A stretch of 38,385 nt of DNA from Neoconidiobolus thromboides FSU 785 (GCA_025603075.1 MU626442.1:1-38385); one strand, 5' to 3'; numbered from the stretch's first letter, positions 1 to 12,555 are shown. The notes: generated from the letters alone by a model not told the origin. Numbers and translations: made by a program.

Positions 1-5
1 CCCAG

Positions 6-47
6 CAATAGCTGTTCTTGACTCCAAACCCTGAGTACCAGATTTCA
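6..47 (-). repeat. 42-bp segment shared with 12021-12062 (36/42 identical)
   Basis: Reverse complement reads TGAAATCTGGTACTCAGGGTTTGGAGTCAAGAACAGCTATTG versus TGAAATCTGGTACTCAGTGATTGGAGCCAAAGGCAGCTATTG at 12021. Confidence 0.75.
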
Positions 48-201
48 CAAAACTATCCAAAATTCAAATTATTTGACTAAAAAAACAAAGTTTAAAAAAA
101 AATAATTTAAAATTAAGCAATGTCATATTAATTAAACTATTAGCTGATAACACTTTAATGTTGAGTAATACTCGACTCTATTATTTCACACTTAATTAAG
201 C

Positions 202-309
202 ATATGGGGATGTATTTTTGTGTTTAAGAATTTCACTAACAAATTTTCCGCTTAAATAGTGCTTAAAAAATAGAAAAAATAATGAAGTCAAAAAAACACT
301 CCCCCATAT
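202..309 (-). mobile_element. ~100-bp MITE copy 1 (young subfamily, orientation B)
   Basis: ATAT-GGGGATGTATTTTTG...AAAAAAACACTCCCCC-ATAT; ~15-bp imperfect TIRs; nearly identical to the copy in the amidase. Confidence 0.92.
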
Positions 310-733
310 AAATCTGTATATGAATCTGTATATAAACCTGTTATGTATATTTTTTTTATGTCCAAGGCTAACATTGTTAGATTCAATTTACTTTCTATAA
401 CCTAACAATCCGTTTCTTTTTTCCTATTTTCTTACTCATTGCTCTTAGTGCTATTACTTTCATTACCTTTTTTTATACATAATATTATGATAATACTTGA
501 TGCCTAGCCTAGTTAATTATAAGATTCTAAAAGCACTAAAGTGTTAACTAAAATTTATTATCTGGCATTTAACTAGAAAATATAACAAACTTGTTTAGGT
601 AATATTGCTGCTATTAATTGATTTAAAGATTATAAAGCCTATTTAATAATTTGTTTAAATTTCAAGTCATGTTTAATATAATCCTTACTGTATACCAAAT
701 ACCTATTAGTACTTAAAGCCAATTAAAAGTATA

Positions 734-837
734 ATATGAGACTGTTTTTTTTGGTTTCCTTATTTTTCCATTTTTTAAGCGCTATTTGAGTGGAAAGATT
801 GTAGTAAAATTTTTAAACAAAAAATATATCCCCATAT
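734..837 (+). mobile_element. MITE copy 2 (orientation A)
   Basis: ATAT-GAGACTGTTTTTTTTGG...GCGCTATTTGAGTGG...AAAAATATATCCCC-ATAT. Confidence 0.9.
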
Positions 838-2050
838 TATATTTTAAACTGGTTCTTAATACAAGCTTTGCTATTTTATCATGTGGTATAATGTGATATT
901 ATAAAGAGTTCAGTGGCACATTAGTGTGAACTAAGATTATTTTAAACACTATTTAGTTAAGCTCATAAACATATTCTAGTATGATGTTTTTAGAATATTA
1001 AGTAAAGTTGCTAAATTTTTAAAATTGGAAAGCTTAATTCTATACTACTAATTAAAAAAATATGCTTTAACTAACAATTTATCTTCTGTATTTTATTACA
1101 TTATAATTCACTTTTAACGGAGATATAAAATAGTTAACTACTAAGATTTTTTTCAACTTAGTTTAATAAAATAGGAATAAATTATTATATAAAATGATAA
1201 TTTAATAAAACTTTAAGGATTTTAACTAATTTTAGATTTGACTATGATCACAGTTTTAAATCTTATTTTGAAACTAAGTGTAGGGGAAAGTGGTAGTGAG
1301 CTTTAATAAATTATTTGAAATAACTTAATTTATTACAAATATTAGTTTGGGGAAACAAAAATTAAATAAAACTTTGGTTTTTCATTTAACTCTATAATTG
1401 TATAAATTAAAAGATTTTATACACTACATTAAGTCTTTTTTATTTGAAATAAGATACAAAATAAAGAATAAGTAAAAAACAAACTAGTTATTAATTATAA
1501 TTTAATTAAATAAAAAGAAATTAAAGTTACAATAGATTTCCAAATACTACTTTCTTTTATTCATTGATTTCTACTACCTTTTTTATCACCAATTTATCAA
1601 CTTTGAGTTAACTATTTTATTTACCCCACTTCAACTTAGCTTAACCATGATTTAACTAGGCTGGGTATAGTTAAAGCGATTAATTATTGGTTAATTTAAC
1701 ACAATATCTTAAAACAAGATAAATAAAATGAATATTAATTTATACAAAAAATGAAAGGTTCGTTATAATATAATTATACAATTATTAAAATTAACGAAAA
1801 AGACAACAATAGAATAAGAAACTGATGTACTTTATACAAGTTAACTATCAATATTGAAAATGGAATTTACAGCCAATTATATTAATAGGGATGCGATTTA
1901 ATTGAAAAGGGGTTATGAGATGTTATATGGGGTGTATTAATAAAGGAAAATCAGGTAATAACGGTGATTAGTATATAAAAGAAAAAAAAAAAGAAAAAAA
2001 AGTTTTAATTTCAAATATTAATAATAACTTCAACTTTAAATCAATATAAA

Positions 2051-3064
2051 ATGGATTTAAAAGAATGGTACGATTTTATAAAGAGCGAAGACTCAAGTCG
2101 GTGTGGGAATGACGATACACAACCACAAAGGAGGACAATTAATGGAAGAAGTGGAAACTGGATTGATATTAAATTCAATAATATTAATAAATTTATGAGA
2201 TTTAATTTAATGAACTGTAATATAATAAAATGTACTAAATGTTTGACAAGTTTCATAAGCTACGACCATTCTCAACTTATCTGCTGTAATCAAATAATTG
2301 AAATGAAACATAGAGATACTAGTAAAAGTAGTAAAAGTAAGAGTATGGACAATAATAATTTTATAAATTTTAGTAAATTTATTAAGAAATATGGCAATCA
2401 TTATATTAATAAGAGTTCTCATTTATTGTTTTTGAACTATGAATTGCCTCAATTTGAAGAAACATGTCAAGCTATTATGGTTATTAATAACTCGACATTT
2501 CGTATTTATAATTTATATGGATTAGAATTGATGGAAGCTATGGAAGTAGATGATAAGTTAAAATATGAACTAAATCAGCAGCACAATAAAATATTAATAA
2601 AAAAAGAAAAAAAGAGATTCAATTTAATATTGTTTAACTATAAACATTATAAATTATTAAACAAATTATTGAATCAAATTGAACCCATTAGAAGGAGTAC
2701 TAAAAAAATTACCACCAAGTCATCTAATTCATATTTTGGTTTAAAGATCCTCAAAAAGAAATTTAAAAAAGAATTCAAATCAAATGCAAGTACTCCTCCA
2801 ACCCCTACATCCACTGTAACTAATTATAATTTATCATCCCCATTTTCAATATATAAAAACACCTTTTTATCTACTCCTAATTTAATTTATCCTTTTTATT
2901 CCAATGACATATTAAGTATAAGATCCTCTATTTCCTCTTCAGAATCTTCTCAATCTTCAATTCCATCTTCTCCATTAAACTTAAATTTATATTACCAACC
3001 AAATTTAGATATGGACATTGATGACCTTTTGTTTAAATTTCCTATACCTCCTCCTAGATTTTAA
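2051..3064 (+). CDS. Hypothetical protein (337 aa); Cys motifs in N-terminal part, Ser/Pro-rich C-terminus
   Basis: Uninterrupted ATG-to-TAA ORF, far longer than neighbouring background ORFs; CTKC and CC motifs; no family recognised. Confidence 0.7.
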   Translation: MDLKEWYDFIKSEDSSRCGNDDTQPQRRTINGRSGNWIDIKFNNINKFMRFNLMNCNIIKCTKCLTSFISYDHSQLICCNQIIEMKHRDTSKSSKSKSMDNNNFINFSKFIKKYGNHYINKSSHLLFLNYELPQFEETCQAIMVINNSTFRIYNLYGLELMEAMEVDDKLKYELNQQHNKILIKKEKKRFNLILFNYKHYKLLNKLLNQIEPIRRSTKKITTKSSNSYFGLKILKKKFKKEFKSNASTPPTPTSTVTNYNLSSPFSIYKNTFLSTPNLIYPFYSNDILSIRSSISSSESSQSSIPSSPLNLNLYYQPNLDMDIDDLLFKFPIPPPRF

Positions 3065-4923
3065 TATGTTTTGCTTAGAATTAGAATTAATAAAATAATT
3101 TATAACGTATAGCTTAATAATAGAAATTAGTTAAAATTTAGTATTTTATAAATCATTGCTATTTATTCAGGTTATTTTTTGATCTCCGTGCTAAATCAAT
3201 CTTTAGATTTAACTATTAAGATGTTAGAAAAATATTAAATTATCAACGTTAATATTAAACCGATGGCGGATAGTTGTAACATTCTAATATTTAAGTTTTT
3301 TGAGTTTTTTTTGAAATCTTTATCCTATTTTTGATGGAAGTTGAGATCTCAGAGTTCGTTAAATAAATTAGTAAACTTGTTAAATTTAGTATATGATAAA
3401 ATCATTTTCAAGCTATTAATTATTCTCTTTTAGTAAGTTTATTTAGATTTTTAAAATTATTCAAACTTGATTTTAAAAAAATTAGTTTCCATTGCTATTT
3501 TTATAAAGTTTGAATTTTAGCTAAAAATTTTAAATTTAAAGCCACTATTTTGATTAATAATCTTATAAAAATAATTCCAACTATATCATTTTACTATTTT
3601 ATCTTTTATTATTTATATATAACATTTAAAGTTTGTCTAATCCATTTATTAAGAAAGAGTTAGCTTTTTAAGATTAAGACTTTGTTACATAATGTTTCGC
3701 AAAGTCAGAGGGGATGTAAAGTGGTTTCTGCTACATAGTAACTTTACAGTTGCTACAACTATAAGCAGCTAACTAAGTCGTATTAGAGTTATAATAGCTG
3801 GAATCTTCAATATTTTTATTGATATTTATGAATACAATTACAATGTTACTTAATAGGCTATTTAAGCTTAAAGTTTATTTGATGTTATATTTAATAGTAT
3901 TGTTTCATTTATTATTTAAGTGGTTATAAGAAAGTAAATAATTTTAAACCAAAACACAATGATAAAAATTGTCTCAGTTTTTCAACAAGATAGGTTTGGT
4001 AAGTTTATAGTGTCTAGAAGTATCAAATTAAATAAACTATAATACTATATGACTAGAAGTTTATATCACAAGGATATCTATCTCTATCATAATTATCATT
4101 GAAGCCCCATTCTATTCTTTCGGTATATTTAGATCAAACGTTTCCATATCCATGGTTGGTGAAACATGATGGGCTGTCAAAGCCTTTGATATTGAGTCTT
4201 AAAAAGACATTGAAAGCTATATTAGCTATAAAATCTTTGAATCCTCGGGTCATTTTTTTCTGGTAATGTATACCATTATTCCTTATTTAGTAATTTAATA
4301 AATGATACTATTTTTGTCTTAATTATTATGAACACTATTAAACGTCAAGTTTAAAGTATAAGATTGATTTATTTTTATTATAAAAATAGGACAATGACTA
4401 AGCTTTTTGAATCTTGAGAACAATTTTAATGATTAGTGTAAATCATTGTTTTGGTTACACTTTTATTCTTTGATCTTTATATGTGGAACTTTATTTAATG
4501 TTACATATACATTGTCTTGCAGCCTTAGTAAAACTACAGCAAAATTCTTATATACTTTTGTGTGCTCTTTTCTCCGCTTCTTATACGAAAGTAGTTAACC
4601 TTGCCACCTTTACAATTAGGAATAAATTCTTATAAAAATCTGACAGCTGACAGCTAAAAATATTTCTGATCCTAAATGCTTAGATTTATTTCCAAAAAGG
4701 TCAAATTATTTTTCACTTTTAGCAAAAGCCCCTAAAAAATAAAAAAATGCAGGGTTTTTTAAAACTAAAATTTTATAGCATTATGTAAGCAAATTGCAGG
4801 ATTTTTCAATCAACATTTCTTATAGTGTTTATAAAACAGTAATTACTATTGGCATCTATTAGAACCCTTGGAATCATATAAATAAAGACAATAAGTCAAG
4901 TATAATATTATAAATAAATTGAG

Positions 4924-5976
4924 ATGTTAAAGTTTATTAAGTTATTCACATTTGCTTTGGGTATATCTATTACCGCTTCTTATAAAAATATTCATGTAAA
5001 TGAATCATCAACTTCTGTAGCTGCTGTTAGACGCTCGGTTTCAGCTAAGAGCAACAACTTTTTATTAGGTGATATAGTTGACTTTGCTAAAGATTTATAT
5101 TTACCTAGCGTTATCCAAGATCTGTATAAATTTTTAATAAAGGTGCCACCAAAAAGATTAGCTTCTCCAAGGAATGTCAAACATGGTACCATTGAGGATG
5201 TTCATAAATATTTGTCTCGTTCCTTAATTTCTTCATGCCCAGCAGAGAAAATCCTTAACCTAGAATGCCTTTGTGAAAAGACATTTTCAAATATTAAGAT
5301 TATAAAGGATGAAGACAGTCGCTCATTGGTAACCGTTACTACTGATGATAAATATAATTTAATTATTGTTTCTTATCGTGCCTCTTTAAGTGCTCAAAAT
5401 TGGCTTACTAATTTTGAATACCCTATGATTGATTTTCCTAATTCAAAGCCTGGTGTAAAAGTACATCATGGGTTTTATTCTAATCACCGTTCCAGTTATG
5501 TTCCTGTAAAAAATGCTGTTGTTGAGTTACTTGACAATCCTAAGTATAAAAATTATATACTACACATAACTGGATATAGTTTGGGGGCTTCAACTGCAAC
5601 AGTTTCGCTTCCAGATTGGGTTTCACTTCTTAAATCAAGGAATGATCAAAGAAAGATACAAGCTTATGTCTATGCTTCTCCTCGTCCAGGGAATGAAGGA
5701 TTTGCTCAGTATATTGCAGAGTTGGACGTACCAATAACTTTATATACCAATAGAAACGATATTGTTCCTCATGTCCCACCAAGATCTATGGGCTATGTCC
5801 ATGCTGCGCCGGAAATTCATGAAAGATATGTTGGATTGGGTAGAACTGAATTAGTTGAATGTAGCCAGGAATACGACGAAGATCCGAACTGTGGTTATAA
5901 AGAAACTTTCCCTATATCGGTAGCTATGCATTTATTACCTTTAAATGGATTGGTGCCCTTACCTCCATACTGTTAA
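4924..5976 (+). CDS. Secreted class 3 (Mucorales/Rhizomucor-type) triacylglycerol lipase
   Basis: Signal-peptide-like N-terminus; HITGYSLGAS nucleophile elbow, VHHGF, ASPRPGN, NRNDIVPHVPP (catalytic Asp), C-terminal His, C-terminal Cys pair. Confidence 0.92.
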   Translation: MLKFIKLFTFALGISITASYKNIHVNESSTSVAAVRRSVSAKSNNFLLGDIVDFAKDLYLPSVIQDLYKFLIKVPPKRLASPRNVKHGTIEDVHKYLSRSLISSCPAEKILNLECLCEKTFSNIKIIKDEDSRSLVTVTTDDKYNLIIVSYRASLSAQNWLTNFEYPMIDFPNSKPGVKVHHGFYSNHRSSYVPVKNAVVELLDNPKYKNYILHITGYSLGASTATVSLPDWVSLLKSRNDQRKIQAYVYASPRPGNEGFAQYIAELDVPITLYTNRNDIVPHVPPRSMGYVHAAPEIHERYVGLGRTELVECSQEYDEDPNCGYKETFPISVAMHLLPLNGLVPLPPYC

Positions 5977-7261
5977 GAATAAACATTTATTTCTAAAAAT
6001 AAGTAGCTTGATTTTATTCATTTTTTCATTTAGCTTATTATTTTTATGTAAAATTTTATTTGCAATTAGATGAAACATTTATGACTCGAAGGTTCTTAAA
6101 ACAGTTCTTTTAGTTCGTAAATTTTATTCTCTCACTGTATTCTAAATTAGGTCAATTCATTAGGTTTTTTAATTTTTTTGCTTCATATTATTCATTGTTC
6201 TTTATTATCTCTCTATAGCTCACCGTGAGTCCTTTTTAATAGATTTTTTAGAAGTAAAGTGAGGAGTTACTACTTAGAGCTATATCATTATTTTTTATTG
6301 AAAGAAACAGCCTTTAAAACATAATGATTTATGAGTTGAAACCCGACATTATGGGTTTAAAGCTTGTTAAAAAAACTGAATTCAGTCCATTGAAAGTAGT
6401 GAATGGGAATGTTATTTTAATTCAGCACTTACATATAATTTTTCACAGCTTTATGTTACTCGAAAAATTGAAAATAATGAAAAAAAGTATTTCCAAGTTA
6501 TAAATTACACTGTAATTAGCATTTACTACTTTCAAATCTGATTTATTATATAAGAAAGTGAAAGCAATAAAGCGCAGCTTACGGCATAACCAATATTAAA
6601 TATTACTTCTCATGGCCAAAACAAGGATGATTAACTTAGACCGAAATATCCTAGCTATTTAATACTAAATATCAATTTGATATTAGCTAAGTATATAAAT
6701 TTTTATGTAGTTAATGTTTTTATTGTCACTCTCATGAATACAAAATATAAAATATCAAAGGCAGTTAAATTTATCTTATTCTATTTAATAACATAAATTA
6801 TCAAATGACATTTTTACACTCTTTCAATTATTTTTCTACTTTTACGTTTACATTTTAAACAAACTATTAGTCAAATTAAATTTCCAAAAACATATACACA
6901 CCTTTTACAAACTTAAACACTAAATTTAATAATTATATCAAAATTAAAAGGATTTTAACTCTAGTTTAATAATTTATCTTTCCCACTATAGTTTCTGTAG
7001 GAAATTTGATGGTTAAATATGGAAAGTAAAATTTAAAAGTAAAATAAAAGAACTAAATTGGTGTATAGATAGTCTTTACTTATAATAATAAATTACTATT
7101 TATATATTACTGTTTGAAATAAAAGCTACAGTAGAATCATAATTGATTTTGATCTTGTTTTAATATTACTTTGATCTTTTTATCGTTTTAACAAAAACAT
7201 CCAAAATATGGCTAAAAAGTATATACAAGTCAACTAAAGATAGCATCAACCGTTGAACTGA

Positions 7262-8400
7262 ATGAGGCCTAAGGTTTTAGAAGAAAAGTTAAACAGTAAT
7301 AATATAAAGTCAGAAAAAAGACTATTAAAAAGTTATTTCGGACAAGAGAATGTAGGAAGAGGAGGAGGCTTTGATAGCTCTACCCTGAAAAAAGAACAAA
7401 AATCAATTAGTTCTTTTTTTGGATAAAATCGAACTGTCTCTAACACTATTTAAATTGATTTTTGCCGGTTTAATATATCTTAATATGTATAAAATAGTAC
7501 CTTATAGCAAAAGAAAGAGGCGTAATAAGATGCCATCTCAAATTGAATTGGAAAACGAAAAGGAGTATAAAGAGTTGGTTTCGATTTATTTAAAACAAGC
7601 TATGGAGGATAAAGATCATAGTAATAAGATACTTGAGCTTACTAATAAAATAAACTTGGAAGGAGGAATGACGTTAACTTGGTAGGTTGCTTTGATGGAT
7701 AATGGATAACCAATTATTATTGGTTTGCATAGTAAAGAGTAATTTTATTATAAAAGACGTACCCATACTTTTAGATGGTAAGCCATTTATTTCTACAAGC
7801 ACTTTTAATGTATTTAATACATCAGACTCTTTGGCTGTTCTTTTATCGTATAAGGTAAACAACTTTGATCCTTGATAGGCGGATTATAATGCTTATTTAG
7901 GTAGCACACATCCTCTATGAATTTATGCACAAAAAATAGTTTATAAAGAGTTTTTTAGTAGAGTGGATTGGTAATTTTTAAATAAAATCTTTTTATAAAC
8001 TTTCCAGACAACAGGTATCTTCTTACTTTTATGATCAGTTGATAATAATTATCAAATTAAAAAGCACTGTAAAGCTACAAAGGGTAAAGGACTATTTTAT
8101 CGGTTTTTTTCATGAATTTAACTTTGCTTAGAAAAGAGATGGCTCATGTCCTACAATGAGATGTGTTAGCTAGAAGCTAAAAAGCTAGGCCTAGAACTAG
8201 CTACTAAAGCTTGTTTTGACACTTTAAAAGGCAACGATATATGATCTATACCAGCAACTAACATTAATTCATTCATTAGCTTCTGGAATATGTTCAGAAC
8301 TGAGAGATTTAAAGAAACATAGTAGGGTATGGACAGTATTTAAAATTGCACCCTACGATCAAAAAGAAATTAAATTAAATCAAAATGTATCGGATACGTT
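7262..8400 (+). pseudogene. Decayed coding relic, family unidentified (possibly transposon-derived)
   Basis: Protein-like frames MRPKVLEEK..., ORF 7419-7685 and ...LCLEKRWLMSYNEMC*LEAKKLGLELATKACFDTLKG..., broken by stops and frameshifts. Confidence 0.4.
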
Positions 8401-9649
8401 ACTTTAATTTCATCAGTACAATTATTTATAAATTCGGTGTTTTTTGTACACAAAGCTCAAACAGCTTTTTGTTTATTCAATAAAATTGTTTATGTTAAAA
8501 GAGAGTATACTAAAAAGCATTACTTAGGCTATTTTAGTTTATATCAAATTTGTTCCTTTTTCTGTTTAAAACTTCTCATCATTCCAATATGTTCCTATTT
8601 AAGATGCACTATAAGGCTCTCCCTCAACAGCTAATAAGCAGTACAGGATTCGACCTAATTTTAAAAAAATAGTAGCTTAATTATTTATAGACAAAGGTCG
8701 TCATAAGCAGCTATAGATAACTTTGAAACCTCAAATTCATTCAATGTTTACTTAAGCTCTTAAGCATTAGGAACTTTTAGAAAAAGCATCGTTCCAATTA
8801 ATTCCTTGAGAGAATAGTTTGAATATATCCATTGGTAGGACTTAATAAATTTAAAAAAGTTAGTGAGCTTTTTTTTGCTTCAGTATTAGCTAATGGCTTT
8901 TTAAAAAAATTACTTTGAACAAAGGTGAAAAAAACATCTCCTTACTTATTTTCAATAGGTTTGCTAAAAAATACACACTTCTTTTTAATCTATAAAATGT
9001 TAACATAAAAAGTTCAATGTACTCAATTTTTATGTATCAGTAATAATTTACTGGTTTTAGTTTAAAAAGGGGAAATAGATTCTGAATAATAGAGTAAAGT
9101 TGTAATTAATGTAAGAATAGATTTTGTATCATTGTATAAATATAAATTTAGAGTTCATTAGTGACAAATTAAAAGCTAAAAATGAATATATGAAAATTTA
9201 GAAATTTAATGAATAAATGGTAAAGAGTACCACATAAAGGTACATATAACTTTTAGTTGCTCTACTTTTAAGTTTTGAATTCTTTAGATTCCTCCTTTAA
9301 TAACACATACACCTTATATACAACCCTTAACAATCTCTCGAATTTTCATTGATAAGTGAGTGAAACGAAAAAACCAAAAATTGTGATCAAACTGTTGGAG
9401 AATAATTTCTTAACTAGGGAATGCTAATAACTAAAAAATAACATTGAATACTGTAATTAAAAACAAAAATATAGAACTTATGTATTAACTAGCTAATCTT
9501 TATTCTATATTATTTTGTTAGTATTTATAGTTTTATAAAATAGGTTCAGAGCATTATAATATAAATAAGAGTATATCATATATATGTAGGATCTATTAAT
9601 CTTCCTCTATAATTTATAAAATGCTGTATTAGGGTACAAAATATAGTAC

Positions 9650-11545
9650 ATGGATCAATCAGAAGGTAAGAAAATATATTGAAATCATCTCAATATAAGA
9701 ACATAGAACCAATTTCGATTTTATAAATTAACTCAATCAAAAAATAAACCACTAACAAAACAAACATAGATTTTTACAAGTATAAAAGCGAATTTATGGA
9801 ATGGGCGAACAAAAATAATTTAATAAAATAGAAAACAAAAATAACATGAATATTATTGATTTTAGCAACAAGGACGATTCAAGAGTTAAGTTTAGGGATA
9901 GTTGAAAGGCGCTGGAAAGCGATTGAAGTATTAAACTATTTTCAACAACAAGCCCGTTTAGCCCATGAAAAAACAAATTGTGTAATGGTATTTATGGATG
10001 GATACAGCGAAAAGGCAGCTGAAGAAATTGATGCCAACATAAAATCTGGTAAAGAATATGATTTAAAAGAGTATCCATTGCTAGGTGTTCCAGTATCCAT
10101 AAAAGATATGGGAGTGTTTTTTTTGACTTCATTATTTTTTCCATTTTTTAAGCATTATTTAAGCGGAAAATTTGTTAGTAAAATTCTTAAACACAAAAAT
10201 ACATCCCCATATACTAGATGTAGAAGGGTACGCCACTGTCGCCGCATATCAAATGAATGTAGGAGGAATAGAAAAAGAAGACGCTGGAATTGTGAAATTA
10301 ATTAAACAATTAGGTGGTATTCCATTTTGTAAAACAACTATATGTCAATTCGCAATTACTACTGAAAGTTCAAGTTCTTTACATGGTACTACACATAATG
10401 CCTACAATCCAGAATACTCAGCAGGTGGTAGTAGTTCTGGTGAAGGACCTTTGATTGCTTTAAAAGGCTCTCTTTTAGGTATTGGTTCTGATGTCGGTGG
10501 AAGTTTAAGATATCCAGCAGCTTGGAATGGACTTTATTGCTTCAAATCTACTTCCAATATCTTACCAACAAATGGTACTTTTAAATTTGAAAAAGGCCAA
10601 ACATTTATTAAAGTGGTATCAGGGCCTATGGCTAGCAATATGAATGATTTAAAGTATGTATGGGATGCCTTTTTAACCAAAGATTTACAACCTTTCGACC
10701 CAAATTGTATACCATTAGCTAAGAAAGAGTCATATATTAAGAAGAAGAGATTTGGTTACTTTACCTCTTGTGATAGCTTGCCTTCTACACCAGCTGTACA
10801 AAGAGCAGTCAATGAAGCTGTACAAGCATTACAAAACCAAGGATATCAAGCAGTAGAATTTAAGCCTACATCAATGATTGATATATATAGTCTAGGTAGT
10901 AAAATCCTTGGAGCCAACTCAAGTGAAGAAAGCCTAAATAAAGTAACTTCAGAAGGATATCATCCAACAATCCAGCAATTGATACTTTTTACAAAACTAC
11001 CAGGATTTGTAAAATCCAGCTTAGCTTATGTTTTAAACTTACTTGGTGAAAAATTGTTGTGGCATGGGCTTAATATCCAAAGAAAAAGAAGTGTTGGAGA
11101 GCTTTGGAATATACAACATGAGATAGAAACTTACTTTACTGAATTTACAAAACATTATGAAGAATTAGATATCGAATTTTTGATCTCTCCAGTACATGGC
11201 CTCCCTGGTCATAAACATGGTAGTTTTATGAAAACCGTTCCTGGCACTTCCTATTCTTTATACTTTAACCTTTTAAATTTACCATCAGGTATAATACCAG
11301 TTACCAACGTTGATCCTAAATTGGATTCTTTTGAATTGAATGAATGGTTGAATAGTAAAATTAGTAATGGTCTTAACTTAGGAAGGAAGGGCTTAAGTGA
11401 CCTTTATGGTTGCTATGATGCTACTGAAATGAAAGGTCTTCCAGTTGGATTACAAGTTAGTTGTAAAAGATATGAAGATTCTAAAGTATTGGAAGCTATG
11501 CAGACAGTGGATGATGCTTTAAAAGAATATAAAAAGATAAATTAA
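9650..11545 (+). pseudogene. Amidase-signature (FAAH/acetamidase-like) gene frameshifted by a 103-bp MITE insertion
   Basis: PLLGVPVSIKD (catalytic Lys), AGGSSSGEG, GSDVGGSLRYPA (Ser-Ser). Removing 10110-10212 joins ORF 9856-10305 to ORF 10172-11545 as KD-ILDVEGY. The first exon ATGGATCAATCAGAAG|GTAAG (9650-9665) spliced to AG|9866 is inferred. Confidence 0.88.
10106..10212 (+). mobile_element. MITE copy 3, inserted in the amidase coding sequence
   Basis: ATAT-GGGAGTGTTTTTTTTGAC...CAAAAATACATCCCC-ATAT; precise removal restores the reading frame. Confidence 0.95.
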
Positions 11546-12020
11546 AACTTCTTATAATAAAATATCATTGGGCCATATGTTATTGTTTACTAGTTACTTT
11601 TTTTATTTAAATACTGGATTTTACATTGATTTAACCGTTTCAGTCCCATAGACGAGATATCTCGTATTTTTTTCAGAGTTTGGTTATGGTAAGAGATCCC
11701 ATTCAATATGTACCAGTTAACAAGAAATTGTGTTCAAGTGTTGCTTTTTAATATAATTTAATTATTTTTTAATATCAAATTTGGTAAAAAATTAATCAAT
11801 TTAATAGCTAGTTTTAAAAATTATTATTATATAAAATAAAAAAATAAAAAATACAATTATAAATTTTATACGAAATACTAAAAAAAACTCAATAGCTTTC
11901 TATATCTTATAAAATGCCATAATTTATATTTTTTATTATAATAACTATAAAGTACTTTATAATTTAATTTAACGCTATTTAAACTAAACTTCTCTTTTAT
12001 GATATTATTTTAAAATATTA

Positions 12021-12062
12021 TGAAATCTGGTACTCAGTGATTGGAGCCAAAGGCAGCTATTG
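12021..12062 (+). repeat. Second copy of the 42-bp segment at 6-47
   Basis: 17-bp exact match followed by 19/25 identity to the reverse complement of 6-47. Confidence 0.75.
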
Positions 12063-12555
12063 TCTAGTTGACTACACTGTAAGTCGAAAGGTCTTAGCTT
12101 ATACGGCTAAGATGGGCTTGAATCATGAAGAATAGCACGTAATAGGTTACAGACTATGTAAGATAAATAGAATAGACAATACTAATATAAAAGCTACGTA
12201 AAATACTATTAATAAAATTTAGTGGCTTTATTAAATGTACAAGATATCAAGGAATAATTCAGTTAAAAAGCCTCGAGCTACTATATTCTGACAAGTACAA
12301 ATATCAAAACGAGAAGATAACATTCTTTGGGATGAAGCTAGAAATTCTCATAGCAAACTAAACATCTAAAAAACGAAATATTGTCTTATGAAATTTTGAT
12401 TAAATCGAAATTAATGCCTTATGGATGTTGCGACCCTTTTGAGCTTTTCATTGTGTTTGTTTTTATAGTCGAATTATGCATATAGCCGATTTTTTAAGTT
12501 TGATTCTTATAATTTGGCTGAATCTTAATGCACATTTTACCTTAAATGGGCAGCT

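Noticed and set aside
4090-4300. Minus-strand frames resembling an RT motif or lipase fragment (VFLRLNIKGFDS, FKDFIANIAF..NHGY)
   Set aside because: Similarity too short and ambiguous between frames to support either call.
10106-10217. MITE in the amidase acting as an introner-like or U12 (AT-AC) intron
   Set aside because: The GT sites at 10114 and 10116 are in the wrong phase for usable AG sites (10178, 10217); the only phase match (AG 10152) runs into a stop. The in-phase donor at 10085 would delete the catalytic Lys. The AT...AC option lacks the ATATCCTT U12 donor.
11652-11665. Perfect 14-bp palindrome ACGAGATATCTCGT downstream of the amidase
   Set aside because: A single short palindrome is compatible with chance in 38 kb; no second copy or associated feature.
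12025-12130. tRNA/tRNA-Sec or SINE-head resemblance (TACTCAGTGATTGGAGC, TGTCTAG, GGGCTTGAATC)
   Set aside because: No anticodon arm or acceptor stem can be built; the resemblance is only to short boxes.
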